A stretch of 64,000 bases of DNA from Lama glama (Eukaryota), in assembly GCA_028534125.1 (NCBI GenBank), contig CM052817.1:107758001-107822000 (forward strand). The letters are read 5' to 3'. Under the pieces are notes generated by a model. The model worked only from the letters and a program-made list of their open reading frames with translations. It did no database searches and was not told the origin of the DNA. Shown piece after piece: positions 51,491-64,000 of this stretch (its first letter is position 1; each line of letters opens with the position of its first letter). The position numbers and the translations under genes are program-made.

Positions 51491-51869
51491 TGTCATCAGA
51501 CTGAATTGGGTCCCCACTTAGTTTGTGTGCTGAAGTTCTAATTCTCAACATGGTGGTGTGTGCTGAAGAAGATGCAGCCTTTAGGAGGTAATTAGGTTTG
51601 ATGACGCCGTGAGGTTGAGGTCCTCCTATTGGGAGTAGCGCTCTTATAAAGAGAGATTCCAAAGAGGGCGCTGTCCCTGTCTTCACCATGTCAGGACACA
51701 GAAAGAAGGTGGTCATCGGCAAGCCTGGAAGCAGGTCCTCGCCAAAGACCAACCTCTCTGACACCCTGATCTTGGACTTCCCAGGCTCCAGAGCTATGAC
51801 AAATAAATGTCTGTTGTCTAAGCCACCCAATCTGATATATTGTCATGGCAGCCTGAGCACACTAAGACA
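51491..51869 (+). mobile_element. MaLR LTR (MLT1A-like)
   Basis: Homologous to the 47185 element; ends with the canonical ...gcagcctgagcacactaagaca. Confidence 0.85.
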
Positions 51870-51939
51870 GCATCTCTTTCAGATTTTATAGGTAAGAAAC
51901 AGATCTAATTATAAATTTCAACATAACTTAAGGGAAGTC

Positions 51940-53303
51940 TTAAATGACTTCCAAATTTGTAAAGAAATGCTATCAATTTATAGCCCTTAATATTAAACGG
52001 TGGTATATACATTTTAAAATATTAGATATTTGTTAAAGAAGCATTTTCCACCAGTATGAGAAACTTTCATCATAGTAGACAAATCTCTAGCTATGTTAGG
52101 TGAAAAAATCAAATTTTAAAGTAAAAGATTGATAATTCCCCTATTATTTTGTCCAACTATATGACCCATATTAAAAATATTTGTGAAAAAAATTATTCAT
52201 GGTGCCCTGAAACAGAGTCTATAAAATACGTCACAAATAGAGTTGTTAGAATCCTTTATTACATACAGAACGTTGAAAGGAATAGAAGACAATAGATACA
52301 GTAATCTTGTGTTATTGCTAATGCTTGTTGGCGTGGTCATGGGAGAGTTTTACGAACATACATTGTTATTCAGGTTCAAGAGTTTTCTAAGCAAAAAGAA
52401 TGTCGCCACACATTCAATAATCAAAGACAAAATAAGTGTGATTTTCATTTTTTCAGCAATATGCACTGCATATGAATGAGATCAGTTTGAAATCCCAAAG
52501 GAAAAGAAAAGCTTATTTGGGACTTCGCTTGACAGGTGTGAAACTTCGGTTAAATGAAAATTTTCCATAATACACATCAATAATAATAATATTACTTATT
52601 TTTCTACTAAGAATGAGAAAGATTTAAATTGTAATTAATGGTGTTACATAAATTTGCAAACACTATGAGAAACATTTGAAGACAATTTTATTAATATTAA
52701 TAAACTTTGAATTGCCTTTCAATTTACAGAATTCCCTTTTGTGTTCTATGTTAATAATACTGAGTTGACAGAAGAATGATTTAATTCACTTAGACTTGTT
52801 CCAACTTGATGTTTTGCTTCAGTTGAATCAATTCTTTAAAAGACAAACCAGTTTTGTCAATAGGGAAGATAATATTAAGTGAAATGATTTGTACTCAGTT
52901 CAGCATTAGAAAAACTATTAGAACTGTTCAAAGTATTAGAAAACTTATTGAAAGTATTACATTAATTTTTGCATATGTTTGAAATGTGTTGGGTATCTGA
53001 ATCTATTAATACAGATCTAGTAGTTTCCATAAGAATTTAACACTCGAATTGAGATATGCTGTTTAAGTGTAAAAAGCACATTAGACTTCAAAGTCTTAGT
53101 ATGAACTATAGGATAAAAAATATCTCATTAATAATTTTCATATTGATTAATTATTGAAATGATAATAGTCTAGATATATTGGGTTAAACAAAATGTATTA
53201 TTAAAATTAATTTATCCTGTTTTGTTTTCCTTTTTTAATGTGGCTGTTAGGAAATGTAAAGTTGTTTATGTGGTTTGCATAGATTTATATTAGACAGAAC
53301 TGT
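51940..53303. mobile_element. hAT-Charlie fossil (Charlie5/MER33-like)
   Basis: 53000-53303 matches recalled MER33 (gaattgagatatgctgt..aagtgtaaaa...tattgggttaaa...ttttaatgtggct). The AT-rich upstream part is inferred to be decayed internal sequence; its boundary is uncertain. Confidence 0.55.
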
Positions 53304-53571
53304 TCTAGGAATTAGACCATCATGACAAAATGTGCCATGGGTAAATGTACCTAGGAGTCCAGATTCCTATGAGAAGAACTTTTGTTTCCTTTTCTTGTTC
53401 AGTTGAAAACTCTTCAAAGGCAGGAATTATGTGTTCATTTCTGCTTTTTCAGTTTCTAGCACAGTATCTAGCAAAATATAAAGATACATAATCAATAAAT
53501 ATTTTCAGAGTATAGAGAAATTAGTAAATTGATGAATTTACTGATGATCAGTCAGGCAAAGGTGTGGTTTT

Positions 53572-54941
53572 GTAATTAGTACTTTTTAATTGAATATTTA
53601 TTTTTATGCAATTTTAAAAGATTATACTCCATGTTATTATAAAATATTGGCTACATTCCCTGTATTGTACAATATATCCTTGTAGCTTATTTTATACCTA
53701 ATAGTTTATAACTCCTATGCCCTTACCCCATCTTGCCCCCACCACCTCCCCACTGGTAACCACTAGTTTGTTCTCTGTATCTGTGAGTGTAAGTCTTTTT
53801 TTTGTTATATTCACTAGTTTGTTGTATTTTTTTGATTCCACAAACTAGTGATACTATACAATATTTGTCTGTTTCTGTCTGATTTATTTCACATAGCACA
53901 ATGCCCTCCATGTCCATCCATGTTGCTGCAAATGGCAAAATTTTGTTCTTTTTAATGGCTGAGTAGTATTCCACTGTATAAATATACCACATCTTCTTTA
54001 TGCAGTCTTCTGTGGACGGGCACCTAGATTGCTTCCATGTCTTGGCTATTGTAAATAATGCTGCCATGAACTTTGGGATGCATGTATCTTTTCAAATTAG
54101 AGTTTCTGGTTTTTTTCAGATATATACCCAGGAGTGGAATTGCTAAGTCTTATCATAGCTCTATTTTTAGATTTTTGAGAAATCTCTGTACTGGTTTCCA
54201 CAGTGGTTGCACCAAATTACACTCTCACCAGTGGCATCAAGGGTTCCCTTTTCTCCATTTCCTTGCCATCATTTGTTATTTGTGTTCTTTTTGATGATGG
54301 CCATTCTGATGGGCGTGAGGTGCTATCTCACTGTGGTTTTGATTTGCATTTCTCTGATGATTAGCAATGTCAGCATCTTTTCATCTGCTTGTTGGCCATC
54401 TGTATGTCTTCTTTGGAAAGATGTCTATTCAGGTTTTCTGCCCATTTGAAAGGTTCTTTGTTTTTCTGATGTTGAGCTGTATAAACTGTTTATATATGTT
54501 GAACATTAACCCCTTATCGGTAATGTCATTTGCATATACTTTCTCCCATTGAGTAGGTTATCTTTTTGTTTGTTGATGGTTTCCTTTGCTGTGCAAAAGT
54601 TTTTAAGTTTAGTTAAGTTCCACTTACTTATTTGTGCTTTTATTTCCTTTATTTTAGGAGACACATCCAAAAAAAATATTGCTGTGATTTATGTCAGAGA
54701 CTGTACTGCCTGTTTTCCTCCAGGAGTTTTATTGTATTTGGTCTTACATTTAGGTATTTAATCCATTTTAAGCTTATTTTTGTATGTAGTGTTACAGAAT
54801 GTTCTAATTTCATTCTTTTATGCATAACTGTCCAGTTTTCCCAGCACCGTTTATTGAAGAGACTGTCTTTTCTCCATTGCACATTCTTGCCTCCTTTGTT
54901 GTAGATTAATTGACCGTAAGTGCGTGGGTTTGTTTCTGGGC
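53572..54941 (-). mobile_element. 5'-truncated L1 (~1.37 kb) with decayed ORF2 C-terminus
   Basis: ORF-track peptides [28 protein letters not shown] and AALFTIAKTWKQ..CPS...WYIYT.EYYSAIKK are L1 ORF2. Diverged TSD aaag(g/a)tg(t/c)ggtttt at 53558-53571 and 54942-54955. Confidence 0.95.
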
Positions 54942-56044
54942 AAAGATGCGGTTTTTGTAGTTGTAGTCTGGATGGATACATCTTTCTGTGTGGTGTTACA
55001 GCTTGGGAACTCTTCCTTCAACTCCTCCTCTTCTATTTATCAAGTAAGCTCCCAAGGACAAATGTTCTAACAAGGTTGACCATATGTCCCAGTTTGCTCA
55101 GGTGAATTCTACTGTGCACTTGGTTTGCTCAGGCCATTGTAAATAACTCTTATTCAACCACTGGGGAGAGAAAGTGGCATCCTTGGGCTATGGAGATGGG
55201 CAAACACACAACCCCAGACCCCGGGCTGACGGAACTGACAGCAATTGACAGTCACATGTACCCGCAGCCTGGGGAAAAACACATTGTATCTGTCAGTGCC
55301 AGGCCGCATGGGGCTTCCCTTGGGAGCAAATGGAACCACCACCAAGCTTTGCAGGAGGTGGAAGGTGGGTGCCCCCCAGTTCCAGTGGAAGGAAGTGACT
55401 GTGTTATTTGAAGAATTCTGCCGGCTGAAACCTGCCACGTAGGCACAGGCGGAAATTGCCCCTGTTCCCTCTAAGAAGTCGTGTTGTTTGGCTTGGGAGA
55501 CCTAGTCCACAGGAGCGGAGAGGCAGAGGACCTTGGGGGAAGGCCATCTGAGACCTTCCATGCGTTTCACCAGATGGCAAGACAGAAAGTCACATGGAAT
55601 CTTAGTTTTAGGCTTTATTCCACAGCCTCATTCCTGCGTCAGAAATGTCATGTTTCAGACTATGAATGATCAGGTCATCCTACTTATCATCAGCATTCAT
55701 ACATTTCATTGAACTCGTGGCCCGAGTTGGGACAAAATGAAATCTCCACATCACTAGTGTTACTTCTCTGGTTTCTGAGGCAAGCGCATATGAATATGTA
55801 GGCTTGGGAATAATTACTTTTTACAATTAAAAACATAATTAATATATTAAACATCTCCTTTCTCTGTTTCTGCCTTTTGATGTTCATCCTGTCTCTTTCC
55901 AATACAGGCCATTTCCCTTCCTCTTAGACATGAAGCAAAAAAGCCACAAATGCACAAAGTTGATAATAATATTCTTTGTAGACGTGAGAACCTGGGGAAG
56001 ACTCATTTGTGTTCCAATAGCACATTGAGATTTAAATAATCAGT

Positions 56045-56240
56045 TGGGAGAACTATGTTCAATGGCTTGTAGCAGCATATAATGAAAAAGACTGTGAAAA
56101 AGAGTATGTGTGTATGTGTGTATGTGTGTGTGTGTGTGTGTGTGTGTATACACACACTGAATATACATATATACTGAATCACTATGCTGTACACCAAAAA
56201 CTAACACAACATTGTAGATCAAAAAACAAATACAGAAAAA
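56045..56240 (+). mobile_element. L1 tail with expanded (TG)n
   Basis: L1 tail words flank a TG-rich run at 56106-56147. Confidence 0.8.
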
Positions 56241-56407
56241 AAATTATTTGGACATTTTGTCCTTAGACTTTAAAATGGGACCACAGATTATCCTCTGGAA
56301 AGAGGTAAGTCTTCTTTTTCAAGAAATTTAACTGTTTCCACATTAGGAACAAAATAGTAGCATTTGCAGAGTTAGAATAGTTGGAAGTGAGGTTATTACA
56401 GAGAACT

Positions 56408-56523
56408 TTTGAAAGAATATGAAAACGAATATACGTAGATTCACGTCTGACTGCAAAACTGTGCTGTGCACCAGAAATTGACGCAACGTTGTAAACTGAC
56501 TATAACTCAATTTTTAAAAAAAG
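56408..56523 (+). mobile_element. Very short L1 tail
   Basis: gaatatgaaaacg...ccagaaattgac...ctataactcaat; TSD-like agagaac on both sides. Confidence 0.8.
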
Positions 56524-57609
56524 AGAGAACCTGATAATATAATATCTTTCAACCATTATTTTATGTACTGTCTTTTTTTTTTTAAATAAAATTATACCCG
56601 TATGTTAGTGTTTTTGGAAAAGAAAACACCTAGCTACATGAGTCTGCTAAATATTTTTAGTAGCGTTTTAACCGAGGAGAGCAGCCAGGACTACCCCCAG
56701 TGCCGACACTCAACTGACCGCTCCGCCAGCACAGACAGGTCCTGTTCTGCAGGAGAGGCGCGCCTGCAGGCACCAGCCGCACACATCTGGCAGACAGGAG
56801 TTCTATAGGAAAACTGGAAGAGACAGCAGCTTCTAATAGTCATGAAGAAGTGGGGGAGAGTTAACGTGTCTTTTCAACCTGAGAGTGACTTGAATGTTTC
56901 ACGCTTTAGGTGGCTTGGAAGACAAAAGATGTCTTTGAAAAAGCAAGGGAAGAGAGCAATGGAAAGAAATAAGTTTGGGAAAGGCAATTAAGATTTATTT
57001 CAAACCATTTATTTAACTCATAGTAGGTATCAAATACCATCACACACACTGTATTTATTAATTCACTTAATCCTCACAAAATTCCTGTAGACTCTGCACT
57101 ATGTTATCTTTAGGTGAAGAGCTGCAGTTAAGATTAAGCTGGAATTAGAATTCCATCAGGACGGTTTTTTATGTAATTAGAAAGGGTACAGATAGTTCAG
57201 TGTATACTAAGAAGGGTAATTTATGCTTTACCTATAAGCATATTGAAAAATCACCTTTATTTCAGGCAACACAATGTTTCCTATTATTTATGGTTGTTTT
57301 GAAATGCATGGCACAATCATTATAATAAAATGTTTACTAATGTGTAGGAAATTTTAACACTGTTACAGAGACACTGATGGACAGTGCTGTTTTCCACCAA
57401 CCCTGACACATCAACCAGAGTTTCTTCTTGCAAATCACGAATTTTGCCAAGAGTGGTTCAAAAACATCAGACCAATGAGAATTTCATACAGCAAGCTAGG
57501 AGAGTCAGTAAATAACATTTTTAAATTTGTGTGATTAAAGAACAGCTTCTAGACTTAATGCCCTAGTTTTAAAGAGTTGATTTTCAATATTTTAATACAG
57601 TTATTTGTG

Positions 57610-57727
57610 TGTGTGTTAATTTCTGGTGTACAGCTTTAGTGTTTCAGTTAGACACATATATATAAACATTTTCCTTTTTATATTCTTTTTCATTATAGAT
57701 TACAACATACTAACTACTATATATAAA
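57610..57727 (-). mobile_element. Short L1 tail with a small inverted 5' piece
   Basis: Antisense tail to ~57705, then sense actaactactatatataaa. Confidence 0.6.
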
Positions 57728-58971
57728 CTGTATTTAATATAGTTATTTACTTATCTTGCTTTTAGCTCTCCTCACATAAAAGAACTGAAGAAGTCATAAT
57801 ACATTAAATTATCTCATTTTTCTTTTATCTTAAACTCAACTCATAACCTTTTTTAGGAGATGCATTAGACTGTACGTTTCTCAATTAAGAAAGGATGTGC
57901 TATTAATATGGCTCATATGACTTCGGCTACATAATTTTATTAGTGTTGATACAAATATATAGAAATATTTGGTACAAAATCTTACATATTCTGTTAACCA
58001 CGCACCCTAGTGCTTGTTGTTTGAATTGCCATTTGCATCAATTATACTTGAAGAAAATGAATTGATTAGTTCATTTCACAACATAATTTGAAGAGCATTT
58101 TACTAGCAATGCTAAGGATTTATAGCACCCAGAGCAAGTAAGTTTGAGGGAGGAAGGAAAAAGAAGATTCTTAGGAAACGAGGGAAGAGGAGCAGACAGC
58201 TGGGAAGGAAACACGAGGCTCTGATGGCCTCAGCCCCAACTGAGAAGATGGTGTGTTTCACTAAAATTGCGTTTTGGGGAGGCACTTGCGGTAGCAGTCT
58301 GGCCCTAGTTTCCCTTCAGGACGAGTATAGAGGAACAGGAGATGAAATGATAAAGAAAAGGCTGACTCAGTATTTATTTTTTCCCTAACACAAAATCTGT
58401 GGAAATTCCCTCTGAACCCAGTGGCGTTTTATCAAGACCAGAAATTAAAGAAGCCTTGATTTATTACCTGATCTCAAAATGCACAACCCCTTCCAGATGG
58501 AAAGACCGATCTATTAATCAGTTTCAGAAAGCTACTTCCACTTTTTTTGGTAATGGGATTTGGCATGAATCTTTGTGTGCAATTATAAGAATGGCTTTCA
58601 GATGCTATAGAAAACATCATTTTTCTGAATTATCAAATATGAAGATAGTGAAAGCTTTACTTTTTCTTGAATTTTTTAAAATTGAAGTATAGTTGATTTA
58701 TGAAGGTGAAAACTCTTAAGATGATCTTCAGAATTCTTCACCCTCTACAAGTGTTGATCAACTTGATGTTTCTGATGATAGAACTGTGAATCAACTTGAC
58801 ACATGAAACACAAATTAAATTAAACTCAGTTGGTATGCTTTAATTTACTTGGAATGATTTATCATTCTTTTCTATTTTTAATATACGAATATGAACAAAA
58901 CATGAGAGAGAAATTAGACATTTAAAAATCTCGTATTCAAATCTATACAGATCTATAATGAAAATCTATAA

Positions 58972-59130
58972 AAACAGATAAAAAACAAATATCTTCTGTA
59001 TAGCACAGGGAACCATATTCAATATCTTGTAATAATCTTTCATGAAAAAGAATATGAAAATGAATATATGTATGTATATGCATGATGGGGACATTGTGCT
59101 GTACACCAGAAACTGATGCATTGTAACTGT
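58972..59130 (+). mobile_element. Truncated L1 3' end
   Basis: ctgtatagcacagggaaccatattcaatatcttgtaat...tgtacaccagaaactga. Confidence 0.85.
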
Positions 59131-59791
59131 ATTTCTCACTGATTGACTTCTAAGCTATTCCCCTAACACACTCCCAGCAAAACTTTCATGGAACCAGGAG
59201 TCATTAAATACCCCTCTGACATAATCATTTGTCCTAAAAATAAGTAAATAAAAAATAAAAACCCTGAACACGTTAATTTAGTTTATTTAATCATCAAAGT
59301 GCATCATCTTCTCTTGAATACAGTGTGACGTACACAGTTTCCTCTTCTGGTCTTGGACAATGCCTGTTGGAACTGGTGCAGGGATTTCCTGATTCAGCTC
59401 ACTACCTGCAACACCATCTCATCAAGGCAAATCCAGGTGAACGTAAGACCTAAGAGTTGGGTGCCAGAAAAAGTCAAGCCACATTCTCTTATGGGCTTTC
59501 TTGAAAATTGTCATTTTTTTTAGTCCATTCAATTCATTCATTTATTTTTCTAGAGCCAGAGGGTGATTTTCAGTTGTTTTAAGCAGAAAATTGCAGAAGA
59601 CAACTTTAAAACCCCAAAGAGATTTGAATGACATTTATCAACTATCATTTATTTAATTTTGATTTTTCCATGCAGCAAACAACTTAACTGACTTTAGAAA
59701 ATATAGTATAAGCAAAAGCATTTTGCCTTCAGTGCTGCAATGAGCCAGGCTTCTGTAGGTCCTGGGCCGGTCCCACACCTGTAAGCAGTAA

Positions 59792-60429
59792 TGTAACTTC
59801 GCAGGACCCTATGGGGTCTTCCCAGAACAGACCCTCCCCACGGCCATGTGCTCTGCCTGCCTCCCGTTTGTAGGAAACACTTTAATCTCTTAGGCTTCTC
59901 TGAGTTCCAAAGAGTACATTTAATCAGAGAAGCAAGAAAATGCAGAAAGAAAGGAAAACAGTCAAGCAAGACAAAATAATTATAGTTCAGCAATCAAACA
60001 AAAATTAAGGAACTTTAGCTCCTCCTTGAGGGCTAGAGAGAATATTCTGAACCATGTCCTTTGAGCTGTTTTGCAGACACTGAAACCCTCACCAGGTGGG
60101 AGAAGTTAACTGTGTGCTGCCCACAAGCACATAGACCCCAGACCCGTTGGAACCAGAAGGTTGATGATGTTGACGCCCGCTGACCTCACCACCCACCAGT
60201 CAGAAGACTGTCCACGCACTGATCACACCTCCCCGCTCCCTTCTCTCACCTTGTCTTAAAAACCTTTCCCTGAAAGCCTTCAGGGAGTCCGAGTCTTGTA
60301 AGCAGCAGCTGTCTGGACCCCTTGCCTGGCGCCTGCAGTAAGCACTGCACTTTCCTTCACCACAGCCCGGGGTCAGTAGACTGGCTTTACTGCCCATGGG
60401 CAAGCGGACCCAAGCTTGGTTCCATAACG
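59792..60429 (+). mobile_element. ERV1-like solo LTR
   Basis: Starts TGTAACTTCGCAGGACCCT (shared terminus), ends ...ataac(g); near-TSD gtaa/ggaa; U3 related to the 10801 piece. Confidence 0.78.
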
Positions 60430-61609
60430 GGAACTGGCACAATGTTCCTCCCTTTAAAAAACCCCTTTAACTAAAGGCATTGTGAGTGCTCCTAATTTGC
60501 TGACTGCCGCCCAGACACGGGCTCAGTGCCCAGCGAGACCCTCACCTCCCGTGCTCTCCCTCGGGGTCTGCACAGTCGTCTCCACCTGCTGCCTCTTCTT
60601 CTGTTGTTTGTCTTGATTCATCCCCCCTTGGTGTATAGCCCCCTCTCTCCATCCCACCGCCCTACAGCTGTCTGTGCTGTGATTACTCATTCTTAACGAG
60701 GCTCTCTACATATCCAGCACTAAATCATACTTTTCCCTAATAATAGAAAATCAAATAATCTTGCTCTCTTCATGAAGATATAACCTACAAATAAAAGAAT
60801 TTAAAATTTTACCTCTAAACAGTATGTTTGGATTGCAATCTTACTTATTTAGTTCTCATTTGGCATTAGAATCCCTTGTTAGAATAAGTGAAGAAGCACG
60901 GCCAATTGAAAATTTAAAATGATTCCCCAGCAGGGAGAAAAATGAAAATCTCATTACCTTAGAAATAGTGAACTTCAAGCAAAATAAAGGAACACTGGAG
61001 GGAGACCTAGGGACGTGAGAGCTGTGGTGACCCAGAAGAGTGTGCGGAAGGAGCCGGGCAAGAAGGGGAAATTAAGACAGAGGAATTTTTTTTTTTTACC
61101 TGGTATCTGACTATATTTTCTGGACTTGACACCACGTGACTATACCAGCCATTCAAACCACTGAAAAGGAATAAAGCAAACCACAGACTATTGGACAAGA
61201 CATGACCTTCTCTGTCCTTACACGGTTCTTCTTCCTGTTTACAAGTGAGGAATTGTGGAATCGCTGGGTTAGCAGGTTCTGTGTGTCCATCCTTGGTGGC
61301 AGTAGGACTGCTCTGAGTCAGAGCCCTGGCCAGATTAGCAAGGGGTCAATTTTCCCTACAACGCGGAAGGGATGTTGAATGATCAGAGGTAGCTGCCTTG
61401 GGTCAGGGCGTGAACAGTAAGAAGTGAAGGCAATAGTGAATCGTTCTATTTAATGGCTGTGAGTTCTCCAGAGAGAGTGCAGGGAACCAAGGAGGCTTTG
61501 TCTAGTGACATGGACAGAAGCGTCTAGGACTCGCATCTTAAATACCATATCCTCAACCAGTCCCCTGCCACGCCCTGAGGCACTAACACTCCCATGCCGT
61601 CCTCTGTGC

Positions 61610-61822
61610 TCCACAGCAAGTCTGTGGTCCATGGGCCACATCTGTTTTTACAAATAAACGTTTATCGTAACACAGCCAAGATCACTTGTTTACGTGTTGC
61701 CTATGGCTCCTTTTGTATGAAAAAGTTGAAACTGAGTCATTGTAGTGAGACCACATGGTCTGCAAAGTCTAAAATATTTACTACCTGGCCCTTTATGGAA
61801 TAAAAAGACTGCTCACCCCCTG
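61610..61822. mobile_element. hAT-Charlie MITE (MER58A-like)
   Basis: aaataaacgtttat..aacacagcca...aaagtctaaaatatttactacctggcccttta...cccctg. Confidence 0.75.
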
Positions 61823-62034
61823 CTCTGAAAGAATGCAAATTTTCCTCCATAGTGTGATGTCACCGAGCAGTAGACACACTAGCTGAATGCAGACGAAACC
61901 CTTCCCAGCAGCCTTCCCCTCCTCCTAGTCTAGGGCTGTTGGCCCCTGCCCCCACACACACATGGAGGAAGAAGAAGGAAGAGGGACAGGGAGGGAGAAG
62001 GAAGAGATGAAGGAACATAGGACAGAAGAGAACT

Positions 62035-62340
62035 GTTTTGGTCCAGGTTACCTAAGAGACAGCCTCAGAGATGGAAATTCAGTTGCAGGAAGTTCACTGA
62101 GGATGGGCCTCCAGGGAGGAGGCAGCACCAGGGAGGGAGTGAGGAGAGCACAGCTGGGGAGAGGCAGGTGTCAGACGACAGCTCACAGCCTCCATCCCTG
62201 CCACCAGGACTGCCCTCTGAGATGCCCACTGGGTCAGCATTCGAGCTGCCATGATGCCGACAAGGTGATGCCAACAGTCACAGTCATTTTGTCTAACTGG
62301 CTCTTAAGATGTCAAAGCTGGGTGCCCTCTGGGCAGTGAC
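62035..62340 (-). mobile_element. Old ERVL LTR (LTR16-like) fragment
   Basis: cagcctcagagatggaaattcagttgcaggaagttcactgagga... resembles recalled LTR16; weak match. Confidence 0.35.
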
Positions 62341-62906
62341 AGATCTCCATGTATCAAGGTCTTCGTGCATCTTCCACACACCTCCTGTCTCCGCATTCTA
62401 ATCTTCTCCCAGGCCCCTGTCCAATCAGCCACGCCTTTGCCCACCACCTTGGAGTCAATGTGTATGTCTCCCTCATATTCTGTCTGCAGAGTGGATGACC
62501 AGCTGAAATTATAAGAGCCCTGTGGGTGGATGCCTCCTCAACGCTGTCTTTCAGGGCCAGTGTGCAGCCATAGTCCATTTTTGGCTTTTACTCCCACACC
62601 CCTAAGCCAGTTCAGACCTTCAGATCCCATCTTTTGGTTGTAAGGACACTCTGCACTGGTGCAGTGAGTGACAGCAAAGGGTTTGGACCACCTGCTCCTG
62701 TTCAGCCTCCCTCTTTCCTGCTCTGCCTGGTCCCTTGTGTACCACTCCTGTCTTGTGATGAACTGCCGCTGAGTCTGCTTGCACTTAAGACCTTTCAGGT
62801 GTGGCAGATCCCAGTTCCTGGGGGCAGTGCTGGCTGCACAGTCTCTCAACGTCTCCTAGTCAGTTATTCTGTTTCCATCAAGACCCAGAAGCAGGCCAAG
62901 AGCTGA

Positions 62907-63290
62907 TTTTTTTTAATTAATTGAACTATTATCAGTTACAATGTGTCAATTTCTGGTGTGCAGCACAATGTCCCAGTCATGCATACACATATATAGATTC
63001 ATTTTCACATTCTTTTTCTTTTCTTTTTTTTTCTCGTGAAAACTATTTATTTTTTTTAACATTTTTTATTGATTTATATCACATTCTTTTTCATTAAAGA
63101 TTATTACAAGCTATTAAATATAGTTCCCTGGGCTATACAGAAGAATTTGGTTTTTTATCTATTTTTATATATAGCGGTTATCATTTGCAAATCTAAGACT
63201 CCCAAATTCACCCCGTCCCATCTCCTTTCCCCCAGTAACCATAAGATGGTTTACTATGTCTGCAAGTCTATTTCTGTTTTGCAGATTTTT
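62907..63290 (-). mobile_element. L1 3' end containing a nested ~60-bp insertion
   Basis: Antisense L1 tail; 14-bp direct repeat tcacattctttttc at 63005-63018 and 63079-63092. Confidence 0.85.
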
Positions 63291-64000
63291 AAATAACGTG
63301 CAATTCTCTGTGGTAGATTGCAGGTTTGGCTGAAGAGTCCTAGGTTTCTAATTGTGATTCTCCTCTGCTCTAACCTCTATGTGACATCTTTCTCCCTGAC
63401 AGGTACCTGAAACCTTATTTTCCCCCGGGTCCTCTGACTCAGCAGCAGGGCCGCCTGCCCCACAGCCGGGTCAGGAGAAGAGCCCCGTCCTGCTTAGCGT
63501 TCACTGAAGGACAAGTCTTCCCTGTCACTCAGTAATGGGTCACAATCTGAAGAACCAGCAGAGACAGCCCTTTCTTTTCCAAGGCAGAAGCACACTATGC
63601 AGTGATGTGTCCTTTAGTTTGCAGTGGATGGTTGGGTATGCCCCACCCCGGAAACTCCCCTGCTGTGCAGGTGCTTGCATCATTATATGTTTTATTTTCT
63701 GGCCTCTGGACTGCATCTGCCTTATCAGAGCCTTTCACATTTAGCTACTTCTTGCTCATGCAATATGATTGGCACGAAGTTATTCATACACTGCACCACT
63801 GCCATGTTTTCAAGAATGCCCAAATGTGTGGCAAAAGATGTTTCCATATGTATTTTTTTCGCTCAAATGTTTTTATTTTTAATTTGCAAAATAGGTAAAA
63901 AATTCTAAAAATGACATTTTTCTCTTATGTTTTTAATTGTAATTTAGTTTCATTTCATTAAAATAGAAAATTATCTTGCATAGAGCCTAGAGAATCCAAT

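Noticed and set aside
53723..54981. ORFs with real protein similarity
   Set aside because: They are frameshifted L1 ORF2 remnants in a 5'-truncated copy, not a host gene or an active element.
1..64000. CRISPR arrays, operons or prokaryote-type systems
   Set aside because: The sequence is mammalian; I found no regularly spaced repeat-spacer array and no gene-dense region.

Overview
This is mammalian genomic DNA, most likely camelid (alpaca, llama, vicuna or camel). The evidence is six tRNA-Ala-like 'Vic-1'-type SINEs and cetartiodactyl-type L1 3' ends, with no ruminant or suid SINEs recognised. I could not identify any protein-coding exon, true RNA gene or CRISPR-like array. The supplied ORFs are chance frames, microsatellite artefacts or decayed L1 ORF2. 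The window looks intronic or intergenic and is rich in transposon remains: many 5'-truncated L1 tails, ERV1-type solo LTRs (three with perfect 4-bp TSDs), MaLR LTRs, MIR/L2 and hAT fossils. The most notable points are: (i) a dense LTR cluster at 10.8-12.4 kb, with a ~280-bp inverted repeat and a MER41-like LTR carrying GAS and IRF motifs; (ii) an LTR at 6.6-7.1 kb packed with octamer, CCAAT, GC-box and IRF motifs; (iii) a CpG-rich, promoter-like segment at 32.1-32.8 kb with a CTCF motif and G4-type tracts; (iv) several clear L1 insertion signatures (twin-priming inversion, tandem L1, nested mini-insertion, solo poly(A)). I found no convincing evidence for a new biological system. Repeat family names are from recall of consensus sequences, not from a database search.
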